This document shows, piece after piece, positions 19,801-31,800 of a stretch of 64,000 nucleotides of DNA. A program made the position numbers and the translations under genes. Source of the stretch: an uncultured Planctomycetia bacterium (GTDB lineage: Bacteria; Omnitrophota; Gorgyraeia; Tantalellales; Tantalellaceae); the NCBI GenBank assembly GCA_964572255.1, contig CAZNEE010000003.1, positions 118,539 to 182,538 of the forward strand, written 5' to 3'. The notes below the pieces were generated by a model. The model was not told where the DNA came from, did no database searches, and saw only the letters and a program-made list of their open reading frames with translations. The stretch's first letter is position 1; the number at the start of each line of letters is the position of its first letter.

Positions 19801-22800
19801 CCCTTTCGGCGTAAAAGAGCTGTATCGCCTTAACGGCCTCAGCGTTCATGGGAGGTTTCATCCTCGGTTTTCTCTGGAATTTAAGGTAGTTGATTCCGAA
19901 ATCCGATACCGGAACTATGTTGACATTGCCTCTGTAATCGGAAAGAGTGCCTTCGGGTGGCACCTCGCCTCTTTCGGCCATCAGATCCAATATGTATTTT
20001 CTTGCGGGTGAGATAAGCTTGATATTCTCTCCGCCGAGAACATACCTTATCTCATCCAATCCCCCCTGGATGCCGGTCGTAAGCTCATATTTCTTGTCGC
20101 GTCTTTTTTCATCCTTTTCATATTCCTCAAGAAGCATGACCGCCTGATCCTCTTCCATGCCTCTTGCTTCGCCGTATGCTTTTACTTCATCTAATATCTT
20201 TCCGACATCTATCGTTTCATCCGCGCGAAAAGCGTCTATTCTTGCTTCATCAAAAGCTATAAAACCCCTCTCTACCAATCCCCTTAAGACGCTTAAAAGG
20301 TTTCTCCTTGAAATATTCACCCTTAGGTAATCGTCATCGTCCATTACCGGGAATATATCGATCGGGCGTTCATAAACCTCTCTTGCGCTTTCCACCATTC
20401 TTACAAAATTAGCTCCGGCGCCTTTGCCGAATGTGGTATCCATGATGACATATTTGGGGAGAAGTTCTTCTCCGTATGTACTTATCATATACCTGACATC
20501 GTCCAGGCTTAAGTTGGCCATGACGTCTTCATGTGTATATCTTACAGCCGCCTCCATGTCATCAAATTCTTCCGGAGTGTAATTTGCCGCCAGGCGTTCA
20601 TCGCTTTTGATGATGTCTATCAGGCCCTGCCTGTCCTCCCTGTTGGCGATCGTTATAACTTCGAGTATAGGATACTCAAGGCGCAGACGGTTTAACGGCC
20701 ACTTGCTAGGTTCCACTTTTCCCCAGGAACGCATCCATCCCTTGAGGCCCGAGTATTCATTTGATATGCTTTCGATCATATCCTGAGAGACTAAACTGAC
20801 CACTTCGGGATCTTCAGGGTCATACCCGGTAAAGACACCTTTTTGAGTAAGGCGTTCGACGGATTCATTTTGCCTGCGTATGAATTCTTCTTCGCCCAAT
20901 ATTTCGGAAAGAGCTTCAAATGAGACTCTCGCGGATACAAAACGGGCAATGTCTCTGTCGATCACTCCCTCGTTCTTGGCTCTTTTACGGAAACTGTTAG
21001 CGAAAAGTACTACCTTCTCTATCATAACGGTGACCATGTAACCCATCATCGCGGCGGTAATGGTCGTAAGCACTGATATAACAGCGTTAAGATCAGGGGT
21101 TTCAGGTATCGATATCACTCTGGTAAGCATTATCCTTAAAAAATATGAAAGGAGGCCGAACAGAATAAGCGATACAAAAGCGCCTTTCAGGCGAAAACCG
21201 TGCCTTTCTACCCCTCTTGCGGTGCTTGACCTGGCGGGCCCTACACCGCCGTAACCTTTAGCCTGCCTGACAACCTGCTTAACGCGCCATTCCCTGCTCC
21301 CCGCATCTCTCTCAACAGCAAAATCCAAAGGTTTCCCCTCGCGATACAACGAGTCGATGCTCTCGATCCGTTCTCTAAGCCGCGCGGCGAAAGTGGGCAG
21401 GTTCGTCAAAGGTACCTGGTGCACCGGAGTAAAACCGAACCTTGAATGATACTCGCGCGGACCATTATAAGGAACGTCTTCGGGAACAGGTCTTTGCGCA
21501 CCGGGCAGAACTTCGGTAAACTTGTTATACTCATTATCCCTGTATATGGTGGTAAACTCTTTTCCTTTTAAATAAAAAGTGGGGAGATTCCTTTGCACAT
21601 CACCTTTGGGCGTGTGGAATCTTGAATAAAGAATATAATCTCCCGTATTGTTCTTTCTTAAAAATTCTATCCATTCGCGCGTATATCTCATGTAATCGTA
21701 CAGGTTTATCTCCATGGTCTCCCGGGCAATGATATCAGCGGGAGCCGCGTACCTGGGCTGGGTGGTAAATGTAAGCATCTTCTTCCATTCTTCGCCCGTA
21801 AAGCCATCCGCACCTTCGTCGATCAGTTTTTCCAGTTCCGAAATGATCTCATTAAGCTCGGGCTGGAGAATATCCATCGCCTCCGCTTGCCTTGCCAATT
21901 TATCCTTTTTGCTTCTTACAATATCCCTTATAAGTCTTGAAGCAGTAAATATCCCGTAAAGCAGAAGGATAGCACCGGCCGCCCATACGCTCCAGCCATA
22001 TCCTGTAGCCAGGCCGGTTTCAAGTGCATTCCTCATGTTTATGGATAAAAATCCTATGCCGGCAAGAAATGCCGGAATGCTCGTCCAGTTCATGAGCGCC
22101 GCGGGTTTCACTTTTTTCCCTACTCTATCGTAATAAATGGGTTCAAGTGCACCGTGCGCCTGCCAGAAAGTATCCGTGATGCGATCGACTATTCCCTCGA
22201 TCCTGTCTTCCGCGGCGTTAAAATCATATCTTAAGGGGGCCGTATTAATGAGATCCGCGGCTATATTGATATCCGTCAAAACGGGTAAAAGCCCCGGGGT
22301 TTCCTGTAAGGCCGAGATATTGGAGTCTGCAAGCCTTATCTGTTCGTCTATCAAACTTTTGTCCGGATAATCTTCAGGCAGGATATCGCTCTCGAGTTTA
22401 AGCGCGCCTCTGTGAAGCATGAGAGCGTGTTCTATTAAATTGCGGGCTTCTTCGGAAAATTCATATTCCATGACGCCTTCGGGCCCGGCACGCCTCCTGA
22501 GTGTATATTTTATCCAGTCCCTCGTATTCGGCCATACACCCGTTGTGTTCTCCACGTAATAGTTGTTGAGGCCGTCCACCTCATACAATTCATGTGCGAA
22601 CCTTGCCGCGAGGAAAAGATCCTCCCCGTTCTCTATGCCGCTCTCCAGGCCCAGCCGGCGCAATCTTTCAAATTCGTTCCTTGTGATGTGTATGGACTTC
22701 GTGCTTATGCCTATGTGAGTTGTCTGGCCGGTTATGAAAACATCCTGCGGCACCTCATAAATAAAAACATCGAATGTATTCAGCATCTCCAATAAGCGTC

Positions 22801-25800
22801 CGTCTGACAATGCTTCTATATCCCTGTAATTTTCTAAAGCCCCGGTTATTGCCTCTTTTTCTTCGGGGGTTATCTGCGTGAATTTGCCTTCATCGCGCAG
22901 TCCGCTTATTTGCCTGTTTATCTCTTCATGCCTTCCCAAAAGGTCTTCCGAGACCAAAGCCTGCGGCACTTCCCGCGAGATCAAAACCTGCGGCTCTTCC
23001 CGTTCGGCAAGCTCCGCTTCTTCGATCTGGTCAGGCGCTTCCGCTTCTTCTTTTTTGGCGGGGCGTAATTTAGCCAAGAGTATCGCTATGCCCAGGAACA
23101 GGATAAAGAACGCGCCGGTTATTTTTCCTCCGGTCACAAGAAACCTTACAAGGCGGGAGCCCTGGATATTCTTCTCCATCTGGCTTACGACTTTCTCTAT
23201 CCTTTCGCCGCGCGCGATCCTTATCTGCGCTTTTATCTCACCTTCTACTTCTTCGTCGGAATATCCCAGTCTTAACTTTTTGCCTGTCAGATCTCCGACG
23301 AATTTTGTGAAACGATAAAATCTTTCCGTATCAGTCCATCGTTCTGACCCCGGAACAGTTTTTAAATATTTCTTAACGCTGCCCCTTCCGGCGATATCAT
23401 TGAAATCATTTCTGAAACTTACATTGTCAAAATCCTCTATGCCATGTCCGCCGCTCCAGTAAATAAGCGTCCCCAAAACTTCCCTTCCTTCAGCTGTAGT
23501 TAAATTTATATCATCGGGAGTTATAGGCCTTTTCGGCGATGAATACATCTCTATATATCTTTCGATGGCTATGTCTTTGAGCCCGGCTGCCTCTCGCAGG
23601 ATCCTGTTCCGCGCGCGGACCGAATACTCTGAAAGATTCTTCTTCCACCCTAAAACCGTGCTGAATTCATCTTTGGTCATGGACGGGACCTCGGCATCCT
23701 CGCCGAACATCAGATCTCTCAGCGCGCCGCCCATGAAATCCTCAAACGGAATTCTTGCTCCTATATCCTGCGGCTTCACGTCTCCTGAATCCGGATCTAC
23801 CTGCACATCCTCCCTTATGCCTGATATTTCCGCTTCAGTTTCATAAGTGATCCAGTATCCCGCAGGAGCTACTTCGTCTATAAGTGTGTTCGTCTCAAAG
23901 ACCCTCGGCTGGCCGTTGATCTGGCCGTACCCAAAGCGGCGCGTATATATTTCTTTTCCTTCTTCATCGCTTAAAACTCTCTCTTTCACCCTTGCAGTGT
24001 AGCCATAGTATTGCGTTCGTTCGAGAGATCCATCCGCCCTCGTAATGGTGATCAGCCTGCCGATCTTCCTTCCGGGAAACGGCCTGTCTTCATATTCATA
24101 CCTGATATCGCCCGTTTCGGTCGGCTCGGTCAGGTCCTTGGCTGTTACCAAAAATATTTTTCGTCCTGTAAGAGGGTCTGTTATCTCTTCGCCTTCAAAA
24201 GCGGCGATAACATTCTTTTGCGAAGTATCCACGGTCCCGTCCGGATTTATCACAACGCCAGCCACCTGCTGTTCTATTCTGTTAAAATTATCCGCCGGGG
24301 TCATGATGGTTTGCCCGGCCAGATCAGGATCTTCTCCGACCTTCTCGAGAAGCTCCGCATCATCAACATACTGCAAATAGGCAGAATTGCCTTCTATTCC
24401 GATCCTTGCTATTATCTCTCCTTTCACGACCCGGTCTTCAAACTTGCCGAACCAGACCTCGCGCATATCCGTTGCCTCATGCTGCACATACACTCTGTTT
24501 GGGTCGGCTTCATCAACAGTATAAAAAATGCGGCCTATTACCGGATCGTTCATGTCATATACGGTTTTGGTCAAAGCGCCGCGCGCGTCATAAACTTCCA
24601 GGATATCCAAAGTGCCTCCCGTCTCGAGACTTTCATGTCCGCGTGATATGGTAAGTTCCGTGTAACCGGAAAATGTTATGTCATTCGCCTCGCTTATACT
24701 TACGCCTTCACCTTCCGCGAAGCCTTCCGGATTTGTGATAGAAACAAGAAGATGCCTGGGCTCACGGACCGTTCTCTTGAGGGGCGAATATATGCCGATC
24801 TCCGTAATCGTCTTGCCGTCTTCCGCATATGTATATGAGATGCCGGGCCTGTCAAGTATGTTCTGTTCCCTGAATTCAGTGAAGGGAAGCTCAAGCTCTT
24901 CTAATGCATCGCCTATTCTTATCCCTTTTACCGAACCCGGTACATCCAGGGGCTTGTGATCCTTGTAAAGACGTCCTTTAAAAAGAATGTCCCCTCCGCG
25001 GACCACCTCGATAATGTCTTCGCCTTCGGCGACAACGCCCACTTGCTGCTCCTCCGTCTTGTTTCCCTCGAATATATAGACCAGATTCGTGCCTTCAGGA
25101 TTGATGTAAGTGAGATTGCGCGCACCGTCGGGATTGAACACGATAAACTCTGTCTCCTCCAGGACCTTTTCGCCCTCTACAATAACAAAGCTTCTCACAC
25201 CGACAAGCCGTGACCCTTCCGGAACCGGACGTTCTCCTACAGGCATCTCGGCCGTGCCCTCGATACTGACGGATTCGGTGGACTCTCTCACTCTTTCATA
25301 TCCTGTAACAGATAACTCTACTTCGTCAAAATCAAGTTCGCCTAAAAACGGGGATTCGAATGAGACCAGAAGGTCCCGCTGGATGCCCGGCTTAGCAGGA
25401 GCCTCATATGAAACTTTCACTATGCGCTTGGCGTCGGGGGATTTTTCAACGACAGCGATACTTCCCGCCGGGATGCTGTAGCCTTCGACCTCTATATCCT
25501 CCGGGATATCAAGCGTGTACAGAATATTGACCGCTTCCGCCGTGAGCAGCGTATCTTCCGCGCTCAGCATAAGCGTGCCTACATCAACAGAGGCCGCTCC
25601 GAGCTCATCTCCGTAAGTCACCGATATTTTCCCCCTGAATCTTAAAGGCTCGATGATTCTGCCTCTTTCGTCCGTTCTTGCGGCTATTTCTTCAACAGAC
25701 TCCTCTCCGAGGCCGGGGGCTACGCTGTAAACTTTAACGACCCTGCCGGTACTATCCTGCACTGTCACATAGGTATTGATATGATTCCCCGTCGCGTTAT

Positions 25801-28800
25801 CGTACACATTCTCGATAATACGCGTTATCACTTCCCCTTTTTTATCAATAAGGCCTCTCTGGATATTTACCGTACTTGTGACGTCGGTGGGCTCTCCGTT
25901 CTCATAAACGATCTTTTGATATTTCATCCTTTCGGCCCGCAGGTCGGTAGGCTCGGGTAACAATATCTCCTCCTGGATGTTATCATCCTTATCGAATGAG
26001 GTCATTTTGGAAACATTACTGGTATTACCTTCGTATTCTATTTCCTGAGTTGATCCGTCCTCTCTTACAACAAGAGATACTCTTCCGATATTTTTTCCGG
26101 GAAGGATCACGTTATCATATACGTATCTAATATTGCCTGCTTCATCCGCTTCGGCTAAATTTTTTGCATTTACCACGAATCTTTTTGCACCTGTTTCCGT
26201 ATCCGTCTCTTCCTCTCCTTCAAATGTCGCCGTAATTTTGATCTCTTCCTTGTCCACAGTCCCGTCCGGATTAATAGTAACTCCTGTAACCTGCCGCACC
26301 AGATGATCAAGATCGTCCGCCATGGCAATTATTGTCTGGCCTGCCAGATCGGGGTCTTCCCCCGCTCTTCTAAGAGCTTCGGCATCATCAACGTAATCGA
26401 CATAAGCCAGATCGCCTTCTATGCCTACAGTTGCTACCAGCTCTCCTTTTTCGATAGTCCCGTGCCAGACCTCTCTTAAGCCGGTCTTTTCATGTTCCAC
26501 GTATACCCTGTCCGGGGCGGTTTCCGTGTAAACAACGCGGCCCCTTTCGGGATTATCTGTATCGTATACGGTCTTATCCAAAGCTCCCGTACCGTCAAAA
26601 AACTCCAATATGTCCACCACCGTTCCATCGTCGGTTATTTCATGTCCGCGGGAGATGGCCAGCTCCGTATAGCCTGATATTTTTATGTTCCTGGGATCAT
26701 CCAGATCCATCCCTTCGCCCTCGGCAAAACCGTCGGGATTTGAAATGGTCATAATGGGATACCTCGGCCGGCCTTCTTTTCTGTCTAACGGTGAATATAT
26801 GCCGACGCTCTTAACGGTCCTGCCGTCTTCCGCGTAAGTATATACGGCAACTGTCCCGTCGACTACGTCCAGGTCGGGATAACTTACGGAAGGAAGTTCC
26901 ACATCTTCAAGGCCTTCGGCAGTTTCCACGCCTTTTACCACGCCTGTCGCGGGTATGGGCACCTGCCGCATCAGTAGTTTTCCTTTAAAGGAAACGTCTC
27001 CTTGAGCAATTACCTCGATAACATTATCGCCCTCACCTATGATCGCTACCTGCTGTTTTTCGAACTGGTCGCCTTCCATTATATAAACCCTACTTGAGCC
27101 TTCCGGATTTACATACGTGATATTGCGCGTGTTGTCGGGGTTCAAAACCATGAATTCCATTTCTTTGGGCACTTTTCTGCCCGCATCATCGATCGTAAAG
27201 GTGCGAATTCCCCTTAAGCGGGAACCGTTTATCATTGTGCGTTCGCCCACAGCAAGCTGGGCCTTACCTTCGACCGCAACATCTTCCATGAATTCTCTTA
27301 CCGTCCGGTATCCTTTAAGCTGTAATGTTTTTTCATTAAAATCAAGCTCGCCTAAAAATGAAGATTCAAACGATGTGATGAAAGGCCTTCTTATCCCCGG
27401 CCTGGCTGGCCCCAAGAAAGTAACTTTAACGATCCTCCTGCCATCAGGTGACTTCTCAATATTAGCAACACTCCCTTCCGGGATAAGATATCCTTCAGCA
27501 TTAGCGGCCTTCTCGATATTTATTGTGGAAAGGACATTCACGGCCCCGCCGGTAAGTTCGACATCGGTCTGTGTCAATTCGACAGCTCCGCTTTCTATGG
27601 ACTCCGCTTCGATCCTTCCCGGGAAATTAACGGCTATCCGGCCCTTGAACTGATTTGCGATGACGATATTGCCTCTCTCATCGATCATCCCGGGGGTTTC
27701 TTCGATCTCCTGGGCCCGAAAATCAGGTTCGATCGTGTATGTCTTTATTATCTCGCCTTCGGAATCTTCCATCGTTATATAGGTTTTGGTAAGCCGTGTT
27801 TCATTGGTCGCCATGTTCACGTCATATATACGCTCTATCGTACGTACAAGTTCCTCCGGCAGGCCGTATTGAACTTCTATTGAACTCATTGATCCGGTGG
27901 GGTTACCATCGATCAATATAACCTTCTTATATTTAAAACGTTTTGCTTTAACGTCATCTTCCGTATGCTCTGCTGTTATCCTCACCTCCTGCACCCTGCC
28001 GTCGGGAAGTGTAGACCTCTTGATGATCGTGCCTTTATTATCCTGTATTTTTGTCTCGAATAGTTTCCCGGACTCGCTGTAATGCTCTTCTATTGTTGCC
28101 CCTATGTAATAAGGCGCATCCTCTTTCGGAGTGGTATATACGGGAATAAAAACCAGATTATCCCTTCCGTCGCGTGACTTGGCCGAACGGTTGATGCCTG
28201 TTCTCTGGCGGAATATGTTCCATATGGTCCTGTTCAGGAGATAATCCGCGGGTTTTCCGTCCCTGCGGAATTTTTTGTCGCTGGCATTCTCCCAGTCTTT
28301 CGACCTGAAAAGTTCATGAATGACATCCTCGATCGTAGCGCCTTCTTCCACCATGGCGTTGACCCTTTCAAGCTGCCGGAATTTCTCGCCCAACGGATGC
28401 CCGATAATACTTATGGCCATCGACTGGATCATCATCTCTCTTTCGGCCTCGCCGAGTTCTTTTAAGGGTCTGCCTTCAAGCCCCTCGACAGGAGATGAAT
28501 GGGCATCTATCTGCCTAATAAGCCTGTCGGAGATCTTCTGCTCTAAGGGAGTCCCTTCATAATACGTGGTGAACGTTTCCTCTCCCGGCTGGAACACTTT
28601 CAGGTTTCGATCCCTGTATTCATCCCCTCCGGGGAGATCTTTCACGGCCTCATTAACATCGTCCTGGATCGGGCCTCCTTCATAAGCTGAGTCCACAAGC
28701 GAAGCTCCCGCTCCGACTATGCCTACCGGTGATGGAACCATGAATAATATATGCTTAGCGACTATTCTCACTCCGTCCCAAAAATCCTCGGAATCGGGTT

Positions 28801-31800
28801 CATTGGGAAGGAACACTATAGGAACATCCCCCTGATCGGTTATGCCTCTTGTTATATGGCTGAAGATAGCGGCTTGCCCCTCTTCTATATGGGCTTTATA
28901 TTTCACTCCGGCCGTAAACCCGTTCGGATAGAACGTGAAGAACATGCCCCTTGTTCCCTTGGTATCACCGACGTATAAAGTAAGCCCTCCTGGGAGCAAG
29001 GAATCCAGCTGCGCGTCTGGTAGAAGTTTGGATTTCAAAACCATCTGTTTCAGGTCAAAATCTTTATTGCTGTAAGGTATCGGGTTTTCTTTTGAGCCGA
29101 GCACCATAGCCCTTCCGCTCGGACCGGCAAGCCTCAAAGACCTCATTATGTCATTAAAACGGAATTCTTCCCTTAGCTCGCTTCTGATATTTATAAGCTC
29201 ATGTATGATGGGGACCATGTCCCCCATCTCTGATTCGAAAAGAGGCAGGACCTTTGTATTCAACTGCTCGAGAACCGTTTCCTTTACGAATCTATCGACC
29301 TCTCTCTGCATGCGCATGAGGACTGTTACGGATTCTTCGGCATTTGCGAGGATCTCCCTGTCCGCTATCCTTGCTGTTCTCACGCCGCGGACTAGCGCTC
29401 TGTAAGCATCCAGGAACTTTCCTTCATCCGCCGCGGCTTTATACTTATCCATGTCATCCTGCGCCATGCCGAGAGCCATAAGTTCACCGGCAGCCTGGTC
29501 CATGGCTTCGGCAAGCATCTGATGCGCTTTGAGATGATCTCCGTTATCCATGTACGCTATACCGCGCTGGTACGAATACGCTGACATGTGATCAAAAGTG
29601 CGGATATTCGCGGGGAAAAAATTCTGTCCGCCTATTTTTTCCTCTTCTCCGGCCGCTCTCTTGTGGACCCAGATCACCTCCGGTTTTCTGACTATATAAA
29701 TATTGTTCGTCTCATTATCCCTGATCGCCTTGATCTTGCCTTCTTCTATCATCTTAACAACATCATCGCCGGTTATAAGTTTCCCTTCCGCATCTACGAG
29801 CTCTCCCGCTTCGTTCAGTTTGACCGCTTCAACTCCTCTTGAAAAAAGCCGGGGCACATTACTGTAAAGCTGCCATCTTACTTTACCTTTTTCGGTCTTA
29901 ACGGTAAGATCGAACATGTCCTCGGCTTTCGGGACAATAATGAGCCTGTTGCCCGACTCAAGGTACATCAGCGGCGTAAGGACTACATCCCCGGGGACTT
30001 CGGAGCTTTCCAGTCCTCCGACAAAGGCCTGGTGTATGCGCTCTGAAGGCATGTACCCGTGCCAAAGTTCTTCCTCGGTTACAGGCTCAAGTGTTACCGG
30101 AGGTCCTTCTTTTGCCGGTCTTATTTTGATCCTTCCCCCAAAAGCTTCCTCTAAACGCTCCGCTTCCTCAAGCTTAGCTTCGACATCTTCGGTCTCCGCG
30201 GCTTTCTCCTCCTCTTCGCCTTTAATGGCTACCTGCACACCCATGGTCGAGGGCTTGATGTTATGAACGTATGCATTCGGAGCGGTACAGCCGATCGACC
30301 CCATCGTAATAGCGGCTAAAATGGCAAAGATCGCAAAACCTCTCATGATGCCGCGCATGTTCGGCGTGAATAATCTTTCCCTCAGCTCGATTTTAAGCTC
30401 GGGGAATTCGCCTGCGAAAAGTCCGATCAATCTGTCCTCGAGACCTCTGAGCACTTCCTCCGTCTCGCGGGCTTTGGCGTCGATCCTCCTATATTCATCG
30501 GGCATTTTTTTATAACCGAGGTATTCTTTCTGAAACTCCATGAAGGTGAGATCAATCAGGTTTTCCGTCATCAAGCCCGAAATAACAGCAACTTCGTCCG
30601 CGATTCTTTCGAATCTCTCTATGTTATCGATATATATGCGCTCACCCCTTCTTTCCGGGTCGGGCGAGCTCAAAAAAGCGTTCACGATAAAGTCCAGCAT
30701 TATATCGTCCGACAGATATCCCTCCATGCGCGCTTTGATCTCCTGCTCCCTTTCAGCTATACCGTCAGCGCCTGGTATGAAAAGCCTGTCAAAAGCAGCT
30801 TCCAGCTGGATCTTTATTTGTTCGATATCTTTCGGAAGGGGCGGAGCTTTTTCCCTGGCTATTATTACTTCGAGAGCGAAATCCAGAATATCCAGCTTCT
30901 TCCCGATAAGTAATTCCAGATTATCCACCCTGTAATCCCTGGCTATCCAATACGCCAGGTTCCCCTGCACCAGATCGACCAATTTTTCTGTCTTCTCCTT
31001 TAAGGTGGGCTCTTTCGCTTCGCTTCTCGCCAGCTCCAGCCATTCGTCATACATCTCTATCACGGAAAAATAAAAATGCTCCTGCGAAGTGATATTCCCG
31101 CGGATCTTCCTGTTCAGCCCCGCCGCCTCTACCTGGGCGATCTCGAGTTCGTCGCGCGCCATCTGCACCCTTACGTCATCTTCCCTCCCCGCGGCTTCGA
31201 GGGCTTTGATCACCCTGTTTTCCGCCTCCACAACTCTTCTATTGGCTTCAACGCGCTCGTCCATCAGGGGATCCATTTTGGCAACAGCGATGCGCCACCT
31301 CTCGCTTGCCACTTCAAGCGGCGCCGTGACTCCGGGCTCCACTTCTTCGGCAAGTTCCGCGACCTCTACTTCCTCCTCGGTGAGCTCAGCGATCTCTATC
31401 CCTTCTTCCTCTTCAATGGGCTCGGCTACCTCCACTTCCTCTTCGGCGATTTCCTCGATCTCTTTTTCTTCGGCAATTTCAGCGACTTCGGCGGCTTTGA
31501 TCTCATCGAGTCTCGATCTGGCCATCTTTATAGCCCCCGCCGTCTGGGTTGCCAGATCTATATGAAGATTTCTCTTCATTCTTGCCTGTACTAATTTCGC
31601 GTCTACATCAGCTCGCATCTTGAAAGTTTCCGCTCTGGCTAAAAGTTCGGCGGCTTCATTTACCGCATCCTCATTTATTACTTCCGGAGTGAGTTTTTCT
31701 CTGGCGGAACGCGCCAGACTGATGGCTTCGTTATAAAGTTCTGTCGCCTGGTCGGCCAGTCCCCTGGGATATCTGGCTTCAATCACTCTTTCCGCGGCTT

